In this document: positions 57,409 through 64,000 of the stretch, in pieces
Layout of the letters: each line of letters begins with the position of its first letter
Position numbering within the stretch: position 1 is the stretch's first letter
Translations under genes and position numbers: made by a program
Origin: Actinomycetes bacterium
Lineage (GTDB): Bacteria > Actinomycetota > Acidimicrobiia > Acidimicrobiales > RAAP-2
Length of the DNA stretch: 64,000 nucleotides
Direction of reading: 5' to 3'
Assembly (NCBI GenBank): GCA_021809995.1
Contig: JAJZJT010000001.1
Span: forward strand, 721-64,720
The notes under the pieces: generated by a model
The model's input: the letters and a program-made list of their open reading frames with translations, nothing else
Told to the model about the DNA's origin: nothing
The model's database searches: none

Positions 57409-57433
57409 CTGCGCTTTTGTATCATCTCTGTCC
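57409..57433. promoter_or_regulatory. inverted repeat GATACA-N13-TGTATC upstream of the P450 gene (candidate operator)
   Basis: Perfect 6-bp arms in an AT-rich island. It contains TACACAATCTG, which recurs (10/11) at 44354-44364 upstream of the mce operon. Confidence 0.25.
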
Positions 57434-57464
57434 GGTGGGAAGACTGCACGGCCGCCACGTGGTG

Positions 57465-57662
57465 TCAGTCGTCGGTCAGGCTTATGGCGTACTCGGGGCA
57501 ATTGTCCACGGCGAGCCGCGCTGCTCTTTCTTCACCCGGGGGCACCATGCCGTCGCCTGCTGGCGAGGACATTCCGAAGTCGTCGATCTCGAACAAGCCA
57601 GGTGCGACCACGGTGCACCGGTTGTGTCCCTGGCATCGTGAGCTGTCTACGTGCAAGCGCAT
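57465..57662 (-). CDS. small single-cluster ferredoxin (CxxHxxC...CP type, P450 redox partner class)
   Basis: CQGHNRC ... CP motif. 65 aa counted from the ATG at 57662. Confidence 0.75.
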   Translation of the reverse strand: MRLHVDSSRCQGHNRCTVVAPGLFEIDDFGMSSPAGDGMVPPGEERAARLAVDNCPEYAISLTDD

Positions 57663-57920
57663 GGCGCGGAGCATACCCGATGATGGCCGTCGGGTGATAC
57701 ACGGCACCTATTGCGTATCCTGTGTTTGGAGTGGTCCTGGATCGTAACCATTCGGGTGCGGCTCTCCTGGAGTGACGATCCAGATGGAGCTTCTCCTGGT
57801 CAACGGCACAGCCCGGCGCTGACCGCCGCCTGAGTACCTTGAGATCTCCCACCTTTCGCCTGGGACGAGGGAGAATCTGCGTGTGAGTCACTCGCGGATT
57901 AGAGGTCTACGCTATGTCTC

Positions 57921-58214
57921 GTGCCGGCCAAGGCCAAGCGGGCAATGCCCGAGACGATTCGGGGAACGGTGGTCACCCAGCGCCGTCGGTGCGGCAAGGC
58001 GAACTGCCGGTGCGCGAACGAAGGACCGCTGCACGTGTCAGTGGTGCTCAGCTACTCCGAGCACAGCCGGACGCGTGTCGTGATGCTGCCCCCAGACGAG
58101 GTCGAGGCGGTGAGAGCGGCGACCGAGCGCTACCGGGCGGCGAAGAAGCGCCTCGAGGAGGAGGCGAACACCGGACTGGCACAGCTGATAGCCCGGCTCG
58201 GCCGGGCTCGCTGA
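57921..58214 (+). CDS. small basic Cys-motif protein, DUF6788-like
   Basis: CGKANCRCA motif followed by a helical tail. As I recall, this family is commonly linked to mobile-element genes. Confidence 0.5.
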   Translation: MPAKAKRAMPETIRGTVVTQRRRCGKANCRCANEGPLHVSVVLSYSEHSRTRVVMLPPDEVEAVRAATERYRAAKKRLEEEANTGLAQLIARLGRAR

Positions 58215-58669
58215 GCGGGGGATCATCGGGCACCTTCAGCCGCGCGGATGCGATCTACGGCTCCCTCGTCGGCTTCCTCTCCGGCGAGGAGGCCGGGGCG
58301 CTTACCCACGACGAGCTCGAGACCACCTCGACCGACAGCAGCGTTCCCGGCTGAGGCGGTCCCAGCCGTGGCGGGAACGAGACGGCCTCGACGGTCGCGC
58401 AAGCGCTGCGGGGCGCCGAGCACCGGCCACGGTGCGACTCGCGAGACCCGATCAGGCGTGCCGAGCGCCCGATCCCAGCTCGTCGTCGGCGAAGGCAAGC
58501 CGGAGGGCACAGCCCGCCGGTGAGCCCCAGGTGATGTCCTTCGAGGACGCCGCGCCGTCGTAGGCCACCGCGATCGGGCGGCGCGTGCCTCGCTGGGACA
58601 CCATGGGTAGGTGTACGGACCCGCCTACCCGGAAGGGCCGCTCGACGACCGGCAGCGGCGCGGCGAGGT

Positions 58670-59389
58670 GTGCGCGCCGGACGGCGAGCGGGACGTGGTC
58701 CGCGGGTCTCGGCGGTGAGCGGCTCCGATCCGTTCTCCAGGCGTGAGGTCGAGGCCGCGATGCGCCGAAGCGTGCTCGCCAGCTTGCCGGTCCCGCTTCG
58801 CGACCGGGTGCTCTCCGGCGCGGTGCGCAGCGAGGTGTCCAAGGGCCACCTGCTCGAGGGGCCACCGCTGGCGCTGGTGGTCGCCGGGCTGGTGCGGGTG
58901 TCGCTGGCGGGGGTGGACGGCCGGCGCTTCGCGGTCACCTACCTGCGCCAGGGCGACCTGGCCGGCCTGGCCCGCCTGACCGGGCGGCGCTACCCGCTGC
59001 TGTTCGACACGATCACCGACTGCCGGCTGCTCCGCTTCGACCCCGGGGTCGTGGACGACCTGCGGCGAGGTCACCCCGAGGTCGGCGTGGCGGTGGCGGG
59101 CCAGCTCAACCGCCACATCGATGACATCTTGTACGAGACGGCCCTGGGCGTGTTCGGCCATGTCCGCCAGCGGGTGCTCCGCCACCTCCTCGCGCTCGCC
59201 GTGGTGCGCCCCGGCGCCCCGGCCAGCTGCGAGATCACCCACCAGCAGCTCGCCGACGCGGTCGGGGCTGTTCGAGAGACCGTGTCGAGGGTCATCGGCG
59301 CGCTGAAGGCCGAGGGGTTGCTCACCGGCGACCACGGCGTGCTGGTGATCCCCGACCCCGAGAAGCTGCGCCAAGAGACCATCCGCTGA
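58670..59389 (+). CDS. Crp/Fnr family transcriptional regulator
   Basis: N-terminal cNMP-binding-like beta-roll. C-terminal HTH ITHQQLADAVGAVRETVSRVIGALKAEGLL. The start is uncertain (58670, 58715 or 58760). Confidence 0.8.
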   Translation: MRAGRRAGRGPRVSAVSGSDPFSRREVEAAMRRSVLASLPVPLRDRVLSGAVRSEVSKGHLLEGPPLALVVAGLVRVSLAGVDGRRFAVTYLRQGDLAGLARLTGRRYPLLFDTITDCRLLRFDPGVVDDLRRGHPEVGVAVAGQLNRHIDDILYETALGVFGHVRQRVLRHLLALAVVRPGAPASCEITHQQLADAVGAVRETVSRVIGALKAEGLLTGDHGVLVIPDPEKLRQETIR

Positions 59390-59419
59390 CCACGGCCAGC
59401 GGGTCGCCGCGGATCGGAC

Positions 59420-59456
59420 CGTGACGGCCGTCACAGGCTGAATGACGGGGGTCACT
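59420..59456. promoter_or_regulatory. two CRP/FNR-type boxes (GTGA-N6-TCAC) spaced 21 bp centre to centre
   Basis: cGTGACGGCCGTCACa (59420-59435; the core is a perfect 14-bp palindrome) and ATGACGGGGGTCAC (59442-59455). They start 31 bp after the crp-like stop. Confidence 0.45.
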
Positions 59457-60155
59457 GACGAGTCCAATGGCGTCATGCATGCTGAGTTGATCCGTGTAAT
59501 GGTCCGCTCCGTCTCCCCCGCACGTGCCGCCCGAAGGGGTGCGCACGCCGCAGAGGGCCAGAGGGCGCCGGCGAGCAGTGCTCGCCGGCGCTCCCTGGCG
59601 CGGCGTGCCCGGCGCTGGGCCGCGGTGGCCGCTGGGGGCGCCACGCTTGCCGTCGTGCTCGCCGCCTGCGGCGGCAGTGGCGGGTCATCCTCCACCGCCA
59701 CCACGACCCGAGCGAAGCCAACCAGGTCCACCTCGTCGTCGACAACCAACCCCGCGGCGGCAGCGGTGCTCGTCGCCTACCGCGCCGGGTGGAAGGCCTT
59801 CGAGCAGGCGCTTGCCGCCGCCAACCCCGAGGACCCGGCGCTGGCGGCGACGATGGTCAACCCGGTGCTGCAGGGGGTGAAGGCGAGCCTGCTGGCCGAC
59901 CAGCGCCAAGGGATGGTCGGCCGGGGGACCTTTACCTTGCACCCGAAGCTCGTGGCGCTGTCGGCTTCGACGGCCACGGTCGTGGACTGCGCCTACAGCA
60001 CGTCGGTGCTCGTGTACGCGAAGACCGGCAAGCCGGTGCCGCCGGTCACCCCGCCGGAGAACGACGGGGTGCGTGCCACGCTCGTGCTCGCTGGTGGCAC
60101 GTGGAAGGTCGCCAAGCAGACGGTGACGGACGGGAAATGCGCGCCCGGTTCGTGA
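59442..60155 (+). CDS. lipoprotein with an NTF2/SnoaL-like C-terminal region
   Basis: Arg-rich n-region plus lipobox LAVVLAACGG, followed by a Ser/Thr linker. The start is uncertain (59442, 59475 or 59499); later starts would place the CRP boxes in the promoter. Confidence 0.6.
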   Translation: MTGVTDESNGVMHAELIRVMVRSVSPARAARRGAHAAEGQRAPASSARRRSLARRARRWAAVAAGGATLAVVLAACGGSGGSSSTATTTRAKPTRSTSSSTTNPAAAAVLVAYRAGWKAFEQALAAANPEDPALAATMVNPVLQGVKASLLADQRQGMVGRGTFTLHPKLVALSASTATVVDCAYSTSVLVYAKTGKPVPPVTPPENDGVRATLVLAGGTWKVAKQTVTDGKCAPGS

Positions 60156-61030
60156 TGGCTGCAGCCCTCACGGTCTCGCTGGGCGCGATGACCGTCGCTG
60201 CAGGTCGCGCCGAGGCAGCCGACACCGGCGGTGAGTACACCTCGGCGGGTGCGCAGGCGTCGGGCGGACAGCTGAGCGTGCAGGCGGGTGTCACGACCTG
60301 GACGCCGCCGTCGGGGTCGCATTGGGCCCAGGCCGCAAAGCCGGATCCGCCACCAGGCAAGCCGAACCCGAACCAGCCCTACGGCTGCTCCTACGGCGCC
60401 GGGGGTCCGTCGGCGACCGCGTCGCTCGGGGTGGGCGGCCCCCAGCCGGGCCAGTGGGTGTTCCCGGTGTGCGCCGGGCCGGGGGTGATCGACCCGATGC
60501 CGCCGTTCTGGGTGACCGGCGCCAAGCCGGTCACGGTCGCGGTCCAGGTGGCACCGGTGGTGGTGGCCGAGCAGGCGGCCAAGACGCTCGCTCTTTCTTC
60601 GCCGGTGATCGAGATGGCGCCGCCCGAGCCCCACCCCCAGCTGGTGAACGTGGCGACGTGGCTGTGGCTGAACCCTGCCGCCTGGCACCCGGTGCGCGCC
60701 TCGGCGAGGGCGGGGCCGGTGACGACGACGGCGGTGGCGACGCCGACCAAGGTCGTCTGGGACATGGGCGACGGCCAGCAGGTGACCTGCGCCGGGCCGG
60801 GCACGCCCTATGACCCCTCGGCCCCCGACGCCACGACGACCTGCTCGTACAGGTGGTCCGCGGTCGGCACCTACACCGTGTCGGCGACCATCTACTGGGC
60901 GGTGACCTGGAACGCCACGGGGGCGGCGGGCGGCGGCAGCCTCGGCGCCGAGGCCGGCCCGGCCGCGGCGGTCAACGTCCAGGTGGTCCAGTCCGAGGCG
61001 ATCAACACCCCGAGCAGCGGAGGTCATTGA
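60137..61030 (+). CDS. secreted hypothetical protein (signal peptide, conserved Cys pairs, Trp-rich C-terminal beta domain)
   Basis: Signal peptide MRARFVMAAALTVSLGAMTVAAGRAEA. C-terminal VATWLWL...VVWDMGDG...CSYRW...YTVSATIYWAVTWNA. Confidence 0.6.
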   Translation: MRARFVMAAALTVSLGAMTVAAGRAEAADTGGEYTSAGAQASGGQLSVQAGVTTWTPPSGSHWAQAAKPDPPPGKPNPNQPYGCSYGAGGPSATASLGVGGPQPGQWVFPVCAGPGVIDPMPPFWVTGAKPVTVAVQVAPVVVAEQAAKTLALSSPVIEMAPPEPHPQLVNVATWLWLNPAAWHPVRASARAGPVTTTAVATPTKVVWDMGDGQQVTCAGPGTPYDPSAPDATTTCSYRWSAVGTYTVSATIYWAVTWNATGAAGGGSLGAEAGPAAAVNVQVVQSEAINTPSSGGH

Positions 61031-61044
61031 GAAAGGAACCGCCG

Positions 61045-61725
61045 ATGGCGCTGACTGCGACACGACCCTCGATCGACGGCGGCCCGCCCGCCGGGTCCCG
61101 CAATGGGACGACGCCGGGCCGGCACGGTGGCCGGCGTCGCCAGGTGCCCCTCGTCGTGGTGGGGGTGCTGCTGGTGGCCGGGTGCGCGCTCGGGTTCGCC
61201 GATGTGTCGGTGGGCGTGGCCGCCCACGAGGAGGTGCTTGTCGTCGCCCGCCCGCTCGCGGCCGGTGAGGTCCTCCGAGCGGCCGACCTGCGGGCGGCGC
61301 GGGTCTCGACCGGGGCCGGCATCGGGGTGGTCCCGGTCGGGGCGGAGCGAAGCATGGTGGGCCGGCCGGTGGCGCTGGCGCTCGTGGCCGGGGCGCTGCT
61401 CGCCCCAGGCGACATCGGCTCGGGCGCGGCGGTGGGCGCCGACGCGGACGTGGTGGCGGTCGCGCTCAAGGCGGGGCTGTTCCCCCCGGGTCTCGCCCCC
61501 GGCGACCGGGTGCAGGTCGTGCCGGTGGTGACCGCCTCGTCGAGCACCCAGGTGGCATCGGGGAGCCCGGTCGACGCGGTGGTGGTCGGTGTCCAGGCGG
61601 CTCCTGTCGCCTCGGGCGGGGCAACGGTGTTCTCCGTGCAGGTGCCCACGGCCGAGGCGGACGGGGTGGCGTCGCTCGCCGCGGCGGGCGAGGCGAGCCT
61701 GGTCCAGCTCGGGGCGGGGAGCTGA
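61045..61725 (+). CDS. cpaB: Flp pilus assembly protein CpaB/RcpC-like (SAF domain)
   Basis: N-terminal TM followed by a SAF-like segment (VLVVARPLAAGEVLRAADL). Positioned before the tadZ/cpaF genes. Confidence 0.65.
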   Translation: MALTATRPSIDGGPPAGSRNGTTPGRHGGRRRQVPLVVVGVLLVAGCALGFADVSVGVAAHEEVLVVARPLAAGEVLRAADLRAARVSTGAGIGVVPVGAERSMVGRPVALALVAGALLAPGDIGSGAAVGADADVVAVALKAGLFPPGLAPGDRVQVVPVVTASSSTQVASGSPVDAVVVGVQAAPVASGGATVFSVQVPTAEADGVASLAAAGEASLVQLGAGS

Positions 61726-61727
61726 CC

Positions 61728-62606
61728 GTGGCGGTGTTCGTCTTGGCCTCGGTGCGCTCGTGCGCCACGACGACCTCGGCGGTGGCGCTGGCCGCCACCT
61801 GGCCGGCGCCACGCCGGGTGCTGGTGGTCGAGCTCGACCCGGCGGGCGGCACGTTCGCCGCCGCGTTGGGGTGGCCGGCGCAACCGAGCCTGGTGTCGCT
61901 CGGCGCCGCGGCCCGCCACCGGAGCGACCCCGAGGCGGTCTGGGCACACTGCCGGTCGTTGCCCGGCGGGGCGTCGGTGCTCACCGCACCGCCGTCTGGC
62001 ACCCAGGTGCGCTCCGCGACGGCGACCCTGGCTGGTCTCTTGGGACGCCTCGGTGAGCTCGACGCCGACGTGATCATCGACGTGGGGCGCCTCGACGCCG
62101 GGCTCTGTTCGCCGCTGCTCGGCCTGCCCGGCCCAGCGGGCACGAGGCGGGTGGCGCTGACGAGCCGGCCGAGGCTGGCGGATCTCAACGCGCTCGTCTG
62201 TGTCCTCGAACAGCGCTCCGACGAGGGCAGCCCGCTCTTTGCCGGACGGCTCGGGCTGGTGCTGGTGGGCGACGGCCCCTACGCCGACGCGGAGGTCGCC
62301 GAGGCAATGGGGGTCGAGGTGCTCGGGCGCCTGCCGTGGGACCCGGAGGCAGCCGAGCTGCTCGGCGTGGTGTCGGCGTCGGACCGCCGGCTTCGCCTCT
62401 CGCCGCTCGTGCGTGCGGCGCGCAGCCTGGCCGAGACGCTCGCTCCCGAGCCCACCTTGGTGCCGGCTGCGGTCGCGGAGGCGCCGAGCTTCGCTGCCCG
62501 GCTGCGGGTGCGTCTCGGCCGCCCGGAGCGCGCCCCGCTGGCGGTGCCGCCCGCCGCCGGGGTGGCCACCAACGGCAGTGTCCCCGGCGGAGGCCCGGGC
62601 CGGTGA
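61728..62606 (+). CDS. tadZ: TadZ/CpaE-like ParA-fold protein with a degenerate Walker A
   Basis: ParA/MinD-like layout (VLVVELDPAGG, DVIIDVGRLD), but the P-loop position reads SVRSCATTTS with no GKT/S. Confidence 0.6.
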   Translation: MAVFVLASVRSCATTTSAVALAATWPAPRRVLVVELDPAGGTFAAALGWPAQPSLVSLGAAARHRSDPEAVWAHCRSLPGGASVLTAPPSGTQVRSATATLAGLLGRLGELDADVIIDVGRLDAGLCSPLLGLPGPAGTRRVALTSRPRLADLNALVCVLEQRSDEGSPLFAGRLGLVLVGDGPYADAEVAEAMGVEVLGRLPWDPEAAELLGVVSASDRRLRLSPLVRAARSLAETLAPEPTLVPAAVAEAPSFAARLRVRLGRPERAPLAVPPAAGVATNGSVPGGGPGR

Positions 62607-63976
62607 CCGCCGAGCACGTGGCGCCCAACGGCGTCTTGGCCGACGGGGCGACGGCCTCCGGGCCAGTCCCGGAGCCGTCGCTGGTGGAAGGGCTTCGCGC
62701 CGAAGTGCTGGCCGCGCTCGGCGAGACGACCCGGGTCCGCCAGGCCGGCGGGCAGGCGCCGCTTCCCCCGGCCGACGAGCAGGCCCTCGGACGCCAGCTC
62801 ATCGCCGAGGCCCTGGAGCGCCGGGCCCGCCAGGCGCTCGCCGGAGGCGGGTCGGTCCTCCCTGAGAAAAACGAGGAGCGCCTCGCCCGGGCGGTCTTCG
62901 ACGCCTTGTTCCGTCTGAACCGCCTGCAGGCGCTCTTGGACGACCCGGCGATCGAGAACATCAACGCGAACGGCTGCGACGTCGTCTGGGTCCGCTACGC
63001 CGACGGCCGCCGGGAGCAGGTCGCCCCGATCGCCGCCTCAGACGCCGAGCTCGAAGAGATGCTGCGCACCGCGGCGGCCCGGACGGGGATCGGCGAGCGG
63101 CGCTTCGACCGCGGCTCGCCACGCCTGTCCCTGCAGCTGCCCGACGGGTCGCGGCTGTTCGCGGTGATGGCCGTCGCGGCCCGCCCGTGCCTCTCGGTGC
63201 GCCGCCATCGCTACCTGCGCGTCAGCCTCGACGACCTGATAGGCGCCGGCACGCTCGACGTGGCGCTGCGCGAGCTGCTGCGGGCGCTCATGTTAGCCAA
63301 GAAGTCCTGCATCATCTGCGGGGGCACCGCGGCGGGCAAGACCACGCTCTTGCGGGCGATGGCGGCCGACATCTCACCCGCGGAGCGTCTCATCACCATC
63401 GAGGACTCGCTCGAGCTGGGTCTGGAGCGCTACCCCGACCTGCACCCCGACTGCGTCGCCTTGGAAGCCAGAGAGCCGAACCTCGAAGGCCAGGGCGGGG
63501 TGAGTCTGGCCGAGCTGGTGCGCTGGGCGCTTCGCATGAGCCCGGACCGGGTGATCGTCGGCGAGGCCCGAGGCGAGGAGGTCCTGGCGCTTCTGAACGC
63601 GATGAGCCAGGGGAGCGACGGGTCGATGGCCACCCTGCACGCCTCCTCGTCGAAGGGGGCGTTCTCCAAGCTCGCTACCTACGCCATCCAGGCCCCCGAA
63701 CGCCTCCCGTTGGAGGCGACCAACCTCCTCGTCGCCAACGCCGTGCACTTCGTCGTCCACCTCGCCCGCCGTGGCGAACGAAGGGTGGTGTCCTCTATCC
63801 GGGAGGTGACCGGCGCAGAAGGCCCGCTCGTGGCCTCCAATGAGGTGTTCCGCCCCGACGCCTCGGGGCGGGCGGTGCCCGCCTCGCCGCTTCGCTCCGA
63901 CACGCTGGAGGAGCTGGTCGCGGTCGGCTTCGACCCGGGCCTCTTGGAGCGCCCCGGCGGCTGGTGGGAGCGGTGA
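62603..63976 (+). CDS. cpaF: CpaF/TadA secretion ATPase (VirB11-like)
   Basis: GTGA overlap. Walker A GGTAAGKTTLL, Walker B RVIVGEARG and His box GSMATLHA. Confidence 0.85.
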   Translation: MTAEHVAPNGVLADGATASGPVPEPSLVEGLRAEVLAALGETTRVRQAGGQAPLPPADEQALGRQLIAEALERRARQALAGGGSVLPEKNEERLARAVFDALFRLNRLQALLDDPAIENINANGCDVVWVRYADGRREQVAPIAASDAELEEMLRTAAARTGIGERRFDRGSPRLSLQLPDGSRLFAVMAVAARPCLSVRRHRYLRVSLDDLIGAGTLDVALRELLRALMLAKKSCIICGGTAAGKTTLLRAMAADISPAERLITIEDSLELGLERYPDLHPDCVALEAREPNLEGQGGVSLAELVRWALRMSPDRVIVGEARGEEVLALLNAMSQGSDGSMATLHASSSKGAFSKLATYAIQAPERLPLEATNLLVANAVHFVVHLARRGERRVVSSIREVTGAEGPLVASNEVFRPDASGRAVPASPLRSDTLEELVAVGFDPGLLERPGGWWER

Positions 63977-64000
63977 GCGCCCTCGCCGCACTGCTCGGCG
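63973..64000 (+). CDS. start of the next Tad gene (probably a TadB-like membrane protein), truncated by the window end
   Basis: GTGA overlap with the cpaF stop. Only 9 hydrophobic codons (VSALAALLG) are visible. Confidence 0.25.

Noticed and set aside
58452-58865. Minus-strand ORF overlapping the start region of the Crp/Fnr gene.
   Set aside because: Its upstream half is Arg/Pro shadow sequence antisense to crp. Only the last ~65 codons look protein-like, and they have no recognisable family.

Overview
High-GC (roughly 70%) actinobacterial-type chromosomal segment. It is densely coding, and many gene junctions have 4-nt GTGA/ATGA start-stop overlaps. 1-14 kb holds efflux and regulator genes. 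There are three DHA2 MFS transporters: one is broken by a 26-bp tandem duplication and carries a C-terminal MarR-like domain, and one is fused to a USP domain. The same stretch has a patatin-like lipase, dienelactone hydrolase, DoxX, an MBL hydrolase and an ISAzo13-family IS. 14-27.4 kb is a long minus-strand lipid/steroid-side-chain-type catabolic block: TetR, Baeyer-Villiger monooxygenase, hydrolase, acyl-CoA ligase, two DUF35 plus thiolase-like pairs, MaoC hydratase, aldehyde dehydrogenase and two ACADs. 27.4-29.4 kb is a decayed zone. It contains three different short tandem-repeat arrays, a frameshifted and truncated ABC1-kinase gene, and a nitronate-monooxygenase gene cut into three pieces on alternating strands. 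30.7-34.3 kb is an IS256-family element (24-bp TIRs, 8-bp target duplication) that carries a complete group II intron antisense to its transposase. 34.4-37.0 kb is a translationally coupled cluster of unknown function: ferredoxin, a DUF455-type diiron protein, a helical partner and two small ORFs. This cluster is my best candidate for an undescribed system. It is followed by TetR, P450, ACAD and an acyl-CoA ligase. 44.6-54.6 kb is a complete yrbEAB-mceABCDEF-mas lipid-uptake operon. After it come ADH, P450 and ferredoxin, a low-coding scar, a Crp/Fnr regulator followed by two GTGA-N6-TCAC boxes, and the start of a Tad/Flp pilus locus. I saw no rRNA, tRNA or CRISPR. All family assignments come from motif recognition by eye, not from database searches.
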